Below the pieces are notes generated by a model. The model was not told the DNA's origin. It ran no database searches and was given only the letters and a program-made list of their open reading frames with translations. Shown piece by piece: positions 59,248-64,000 of a stretch of DNA of 64,000 nucleotides (position 1 is the stretch's first letter; each line of letters begins with the position of its first letter). The position numbers were made by a program, and so were the translations under genes. The stretch is from Deltaproteobacteria bacterium (GTDB lineage: Bacteria; SAR324; NAC60-12), in assembly GCA_038150265.1 (NCBI GenBank), contig JAYOTF010000002.1, positions 1 to 64,000 of the forward strand, given 5' to 3'.

Positions 59248-61659
59248 CTACAGCATCGCCAGGGCGTCCTGAATCTGCTGAGACTCTTCATCGGACAGGA
59301 TGAAGTCTGACTTGAGGATGGCAAAGGCCTGCTCGGGCATGATCTTCTCCACCAGCTTGGCGTCATCCATCCGCAGCATGATCCGAACCAGGCGGTCAAA
59401 CATCCCCTTCGGCGTTTCAAAGGCTCCCTTGTTGAGCATGAGGAACTTGTCTACCTGAGCGGGGACGTCAAAGCGCTTCTTGGCCTCATCGAAGACAAAT
59501 GCCTTGGAGTGGGCGTTGTAGTAGCCGTGAGCCAGAAGCTTGAGCCGGGCAAAGTTGACAATGAAGTCGCTGGCCGTCTTGCTGGCATGGAGGGCCTTCT
59601 CCAGGTTGGTGACGGTGGACTGCGGAGCGTTGTAGCTGGCCTCGGCCTTGTCGAGGCTGTCAAACATCACGTGGGTGTGCGTGAGGATGTAGTACAGCAT
59701 GTCTCCCTTGGGCGTGCGCATCCGCCGGGTCACCCGCCGGAGGGTGTCCATCACGTTGGCGGGGAAGGGGTCGTAGCGTCCGGAGGTCTTGGACTGCTGC
59801 ATGCTCTTGAGGGCCTTGAGCGGATCGGAGTCGGTGGTGGAGCGCCCAATCATGCTCTGCTCAATGTGGTGGGCCGACCGGTGACCTTCCGGAGAGTCGT
59901 CGGCATCGTGGCTGGCGGACATCCGGGGGGCTTCTGTTGCCTGCAGGGACTTCACGCGGAGCTTGACCGGCAGCAGCTGCTCCTCTGCTGTTTCCACAAA
60001 GAGGCGCTCTTCTTCAAAGGAGCTGTCCAGCACCTCAAGGACCACCCACTCCAGGGCTTCCGCGTTGAAATCAACGGCTCGGAGGAGCTCCTCCTGGTAA
60101 CCCGGAGGCGTGGCCAGGAAGTCCTGCAGGGCCTGAGCCTGATCCGCAGGATCGGTTTGTTCGGTCCGGATGCTGTCAAAGTGCGCGTAGAAGTCCTGAA
60201 AGCGGTCAATGGACCGAGAGAGCAACTCGCCCATCATTTCCACGTTACCGAGCACCATGCAGGCGGAGGCAACCGAGGTCCGGGCTTCATAAGCCTGCTG
60301 AAGCCACTGGTAGAGCTGCAAGGAGGGAGCGGTCTGGTTGGAATCGACGTCTTCAATCAAGGCTCCGAGTTGCATCTCATACTGAGAGATCTCGTTGCGG
60401 GCCTGCTCAATCTCACCGATGGTTTCCGTCAGGCCCTTGACAAAAGCCGCGACGATGTCCAGCTTCTCCAGCAGCTCCTTCGACTCCAGGAGCATGCGGT
60501 GGTGTGAGTCAAAAATCTGCAAGGCCTTGCGCAGCAGTCCCTGAATGGTGGTCAGGACCTTTTTCAGAAAGTCGGGTTTGAGGCGCTTGGGGGAGGCGTT
60601 GTAGTACAGCTTCCCAAAGGAAACCGCGAGGTTTCCGAGGATGGAATTGACCTGCCGGAGGGAGTCCAGAACCTGCTCGAGCTTCCCATTAAACATTTGC
60701 AGGTCTTGTTGCTCCTGTGTAGCCTTTTGAAGATGCTTCTCCGCGAACTCGCTGGGCTTCCGGCTTCCCGTGAGCTGCAAGTTCAGGTCGTTCAGGTACT
60801 GCAAGGGCGCCAGAGGAACCTGCAACAGCCCGAGTTGCAGCCGCAGGTCATTCACGGTCAGAGGAAAGCGTCCCTTGGGGTCGTGCAGGGCCTTCGGGGC
60901 CCGCTGAAGGGCGAGGTTTTGCTGAATGCCCTTGAGCCGTGTCAGGATGGAATCGATGGTGGGCTGAGGCTGCTGGGGAGCCGGTTGCTGCTTCTTGATA
61001 ACGGAGTCCAGAAGCTGCTCCTCCATTTCCTGCAGGGGGCGGAGGCCCTGGAACAGCTTGTAGGCGGCTTCCAGCTCTTCCACCGTGAGGGGCTGCTCGG
61101 CGCCCCCGAATTCCGGGCGGTTCAGGAGCTCCTGAGCCTGAGGCTTTTGCTGGGTGTAGACCTGCTCGAACTTGGCGACGAAGTCGTCATCGACCTGATG
61201 CGGAACCGGCAAGTCGCGCCAGCTTTTCTGAGTCTGGAGGCTGTCATGAAGCCGATCCAGCTGGGCGAGAACACGGGTCACGGATTCCCGGGGGGTCAGG
61301 CCCTTGGGTTCCATCCCGAAGAAGCCCTGATCGAGGCTCAGGTGAACGCAGTAGCTCAGGTGGCTGATGCGAGACCCCAGGTCCAGAAAGCGCTGGGGGG
61401 CCCGCTGGAAGTGCTCCGGAGTCCGGCATTCCTCATAATACGTTTTGAAGAGCTGGCGAATCTCATTCAGCGTCTTCACGATGGTGCTTTGCTCACTTGA
61501 AGGAATGAACCAGCGGTGGTCGGGATGAAGCGCTGTTTTGACAAACTTCTGGATGGCTTCTGTTTCAACCTGAGCCGCCTGTAACTGGGAGACCGGTCGT
61601 CTCTGTTGCTGGAGCGCCGAGCGCTTCTGCTGGACACTTTGGAGAAGAGAATCGTTCAC
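59248..61659 (-). CDS. Large helical/coiled-coil hypothetical protein
   Basis: 803 codons, GTG start with AGGAG SD, Q/L/E/K-rich, no TM or signal. Confidence 0.7.
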   Translation of the reverse strand: MNDSLLQSVQQKRSALQQQRRPVSQLQAAQVETEAIQKFVKTALHPDHRWFIPSSEQSTIVKTLNEIRQLFKTYYEECRTPEHFQRAPQRFLDLGSRISHLSYCVHLSLDQGFFGMEPKGLTPRESVTRVLAQLDRLHDSLQTQKSWRDLPVPHQVDDDFVAKFEQVYTQQKPQAQELLNRPEFGGAEQPLTVEELEAAYKLFQGLRPLQEMEEQLLDSVIKKQQPAPQQPQPTIDSILTRLKGIQQNLALQRAPKALHDPKGRFPLTVNDLRLQLGLLQVPLAPLQYLNDLNLQLTGSRKPSEFAEKHLQKATQEQQDLQMFNGKLEQVLDSLRQVNSILGNLAVSFGKLYYNASPKRLKPDFLKKVLTTIQGLLRKALQIFDSHHRMLLESKELLEKLDIVAAFVKGLTETIGEIEQARNEISQYEMQLGALIEDVDSNQTAPSLQLYQWLQQAYEARTSVASACMVLGNVEMMGELLSRSIDRFQDFYAHFDSIRTEQTDPADQAQALQDFLATPPGYQEELLRAVDFNAEALEWVVLEVLDSSFEEERLFVETAEEQLLPVKLRVKSLQATEAPRMSASHDADDSPEGHRSAHHIEQSMIGRSTTDSDPLKALKSMQQSKTSGRYDPFPANVMDTLRRVTRRMRTPKGDMLYYILTHTHVMFDSLDKAEASYNAPQSTVTNLEKALHASKTASDFIVNFARLKLLAHGYYNAHSKAFVFDEAKKRFDVPAQVDKFLMLNKGAFETPKGMFDRLVRIMLRMDDAKLVEKIMPEQAFAILKSDFILSDEESQQIQDALAML

Positions 61660-61742
61660 GGGAACTCCTGAGGACCGCGATTCAAAAAAACATCAGATTA
61701 TGAACTGGGGATTCCCAGCTAACTCATTTGATCAACAAAGAA

Positions 61743-63677
61743 ATGGGCTCGTTGCTAAAAAATATCTCACAACCCCGCGAGATTCAACAGCTGAGTTTGG
61801 AGCAGCTCGAGCAGCTCGCAGAAGAGTGTCGGCAACGCATCATTGAAGTCACCAGCAAGCGCGGAGGCCACCTGGCGTCTTCTCTGGGAGCCGTGGAACT
61901 CTCGGTTGCCCTCTTCAAGCTGTTTGACTTCGAGCAAGACCGCATCATCTGGGATGTTGGGCACCAGGCGTATGCCCACAAGATCCTCAGTGGACGCAGC
62001 GACGCCTTTGAAACCCTGGCCCAAAAGGGAGGCATCAAGAAATTCCTCTCCCGTGATGAAAGCCCCTATGATCACTTTGGAGCCGGGCATGCCTCCACCT
62101 CCATTTCTGCCGGAGTGGGCATGGCGATCAGCCGGGACCTGAGGCAGCAGGACCATCAGGTCATTGCGGTCATCGGGGACGGCTCCATGACCGGAGGCAT
62201 GGCCTTTGAGGCCCTGAACCACAATGGGTTTGCCGAAAAGAAGATGCTGCTGATCTACAGCGACAACGGCATGAGCATTGACCCCAACGTCGGCGCGCTC
62301 TCCAAATTTGTCACCCGCATTGCCGCGTCTCGCTCGTACAACCGCCTTCGTGAAGAAACCTGGGACCTCATTGGCAAGTCCCCCTTCTCGAAGACGCTGC
62401 ACATTGGCATGGAGAAGGTGCTCGACTCCATGAAGACCTTCTTCACGCCCGGAATGCTCTTCGAGCAGCTAGGCTGGCGGTACTTTGGCCCGGTAGACGG
62501 ACACAACCTCAAGGAACTCCTCGACATGCTTCAGCATGTGAAGGACTTTGAGGGCCCGGTTGTGGTGCATGCCATCACCAAGAAGGGCAAGGGGTACAAG
62601 TATGCGGAAGAAGACGCTTACAAGTACCACGGGGTGAAGCCCTTTGTTCCGGAAAGTGGCGAGTTCATCAAGAAGAGCACTGCTGCCCCGACCAAGGCGG
62701 TCAGTTACTCCGACATCTTTGGGACCACCCTGAGTGAGTTGATGAGCAACGATCCGGACGTGGTGGCAATCAGTGCCGCCATGCTCAGCGGAACTGGTTT
62801 GTTAGCCCTGCAAGAACGCTACCCGGATCGCATCATTGATGTTGGGATTGCGGAAGGACACGCGGTGACCTGTGCCGCCGGAATGGCCACCAACGGCACC
62901 AAACCCTTTGTGGCGATCTATTCCTCGTTCCTCCAGCGCTCTGTTGATCAGCTCATTCACGATGTGGCCATTCAGAACCTTCCGGTCCGCTTCATGCTGG
63001 ATCGCGCGGGTTTTGTGGGCGCTGATGGCCCCACCCATCATGGGGCCTATGACCTGACCTACCTGCGGATGATTCCGGGAATGACGGTCATGGTTCCACG
63101 CAACGGTGCCGAAATGAAGCGCATGCTCCGCTTTGCCCACGAGTTTGAGTCCGGACCCATCGCCATGCGTTACCCGAGGGGCGAATCGGCCGAGCTGGAC
63201 GAGTCCACTGTCCCGCCCATTGAGCTGGGTCAGGCCGAGGTGCTGCAGGAAGGCACAGAGGTGGTGCTCTTTGCCGTGGGGGTGATGGTGGAGCAGGCGC
63301 AGGCCGTGGCCGAGCGTCTGGGTGAGCAGGGGTGGTCGTGTGCGGTGGTCAATGGCCGGTTTGTGAAGCCTCTGGATGCGGAAACCCTCCTGCGCCTGGC
63401 ACACTCAGCAGAGCTGGTGGTGACACTTGAGGAAAACACCGCCCAGGGGGGATTGGGCAGCGCGGTGCTGGAAACCCTTTCTGCAGCTCAGGTTTTGGTG
63501 GAAACCCTGGTGGTTGGAATTCCCGACCGCTTCATTGCCCAAGGCTCCCCTGACGAACAGCGTGAAGAGGCTCAGCTGTCGGTGGAGGCCATTGAGGCCC
63601 AAATTCAAACGCGTTTGCAGGGGCGTCAACCTCAACGCCTGCGAGCCCTTCCCCAAGAGGCGCGAAAGGTGTCCTGA
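61743..63677 (+). CDS. dxs: 1-deoxy-D-xylulose-5-phosphate synthase
   Basis: GGHLASSLG, WDVGHQAY.HKIL, GDGSMTGG, DVGIAEGHA, YSSFLQR, DRAG..GADGPTH. Confidence 0.98.
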   Translation: MGSLLKNISQPREIQQLSLEQLEQLAEECRQRIIEVTSKRGGHLASSLGAVELSVALFKLFDFEQDRIIWDVGHQAYAHKILSGRSDAFETLAQKGGIKKFLSRDESPYDHFGAGHASTSISAGVGMAISRDLRQQDHQVIAVIGDGSMTGGMAFEALNHNGFAEKKMLLIYSDNGMSIDPNVGALSKFVTRIAASRSYNRLREETWDLIGKSPFSKTLHIGMEKVLDSMKTFFTPGMLFEQLGWRYFGPVDGHNLKELLDMLQHVKDFEGPVVVHAITKKGKGYKYAEEDAYKYHGVKPFVPESGEFIKKSTAAPTKAVSYSDIFGTTLSELMSNDPDVVAISAAMLSGTGLLALQERYPDRIIDVGIAEGHAVTCAAGMATNGTKPFVAIYSSFLQRSVDQLIHDVAIQNLPVRFMLDRAGFVGADGPTHHGAYDLTYLRMIPGMTVMVPRNGAEMKRMLRFAHEFESGPIAMRYPRGESAELDESTVPPIELGQAEVLQEGTEVVLFAVGVMVEQAQAVAERLGEQGWSCAVVNGRFVKPLDAETLLRLAHSAELVVTLEENTAQGGLGSAVLETLSAAQVLVETLVVGIPDRFIAQGSPDEQREEAQLSVEAIEAQIQTRLQGRQPQRLRALPQEARKVS

Positions 63678-63844
63678 GGCAAGCCAAAGGGCACTTTTTA
63701 CTTGCAAAACCCTGCCAAACCCCTTCTACTTGGACCGTCCGCTTACCCCAGTTTCGGTACTCCTTGACCCGGCATTGAGTTGAGTGCCGAAGCCTCCCTC
63801 TGGCGGTCCAGTTTGTTAACCCCCAATTACTTCAAGGATGAAGA

Positions 63845-64000
63845 ATGTCTGACACGATGTCCCGGCTCGAAGCCAAGATTCAGGATGCGATTGAAACCAT
63901 TGAAATGCAACGCATGGAAATTGCCGAACTCAAGCAGCGCAACAATGAGCTTGAGCAGCAGCAGCAGGAGTGGGAAGACAAACTGAACGCCTTGATCGAA
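63845..64000 (+). CDS. zapB: Cell division protein ZapB-like, partial (not in the ORF track)
   Basis: Hand translation MSDTMSRLEAKIQDAIETIEMQRMEIAELKQRNNELEQQQQEWEDKLNALIE resembles E. coli ZapB LEAKVQQAIDTI..QMEIEELK..N..W..L..L. Confidence 0.75.
   Translation, partial: MSDTMSRLEAKIQDAIETIEMQRMEIAELKQRNNELEQQQQEWEDKLNALIE

Larger units (their letters stand above)
1..64000. repeat. Dispersed, highly iterated palindrome TCCGGA
   Basis: Hand count at least 25 copies in 1-10000 and 29 in 10001-20000, versus about 3 per 10 kb expected from base composition; visibly frequent in the rest of the window. Confidence 0.75.

Noticed and set aside
1..64000. CRISPR array, IS element, integrase, prophage or defence system
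   Set aside because: No regularly spaced repeats, terminal inverted repeats or recognisable mobile or defence proteins seen.

Overview
A GC-rich (about 60%, estimated by eye) bacterial chromosome segment made mostly of housekeeping genes. Gene content suggests a delta-proteobacterial lineage, possibly SAR324 (inference). It carries the 3' end of a 5S rRNA, four tRNAs (Val-GAC, Gly-CCC, Gln-TTG, Leu-GAG), infC-rpmI-rplT, pstCAB-phoU without pstS, purD, an MMPL/RND exporter, dps, clpB with a perfect CIRCE, murF, mrp/apbC, rlmKL, a hybrid kinase-CheR signalling cluster, puuA/puuB-like genes, tsaE-tsaB, dnaG-rpoD, two tandem CPA2 antiporters, a lipid A acyltransferase, thrC, dxs and a partial zapB. 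I found no CRISPR array, transposase, integrase or prophage. Main leads: (1) strong over-representation of the palindrome TCCGGA, reminiscent of cyanobacterial HIP1; (2) a translationally coupled operon of three paralogous TPR lipoproteins divergent from the MMPL gene; (3) an intact ABC-ATPase-like ORF with all catalytic motifs lost, heading the dnaG-rpoD operon; (4) a response regulator with a ChiS-type DNA-binding tail next to a CheB-less kinase/CheR cluster; (5) a putative atypical secreted alkaline phosphatase sharing a promoter motif with the pst operon; (6) a CPA2 pair in which one copy lacks the ion-binding Asp; (7) a tRNA-Val with C instead of U33. Protein calls rest on motif recognition only; no database searches were run.
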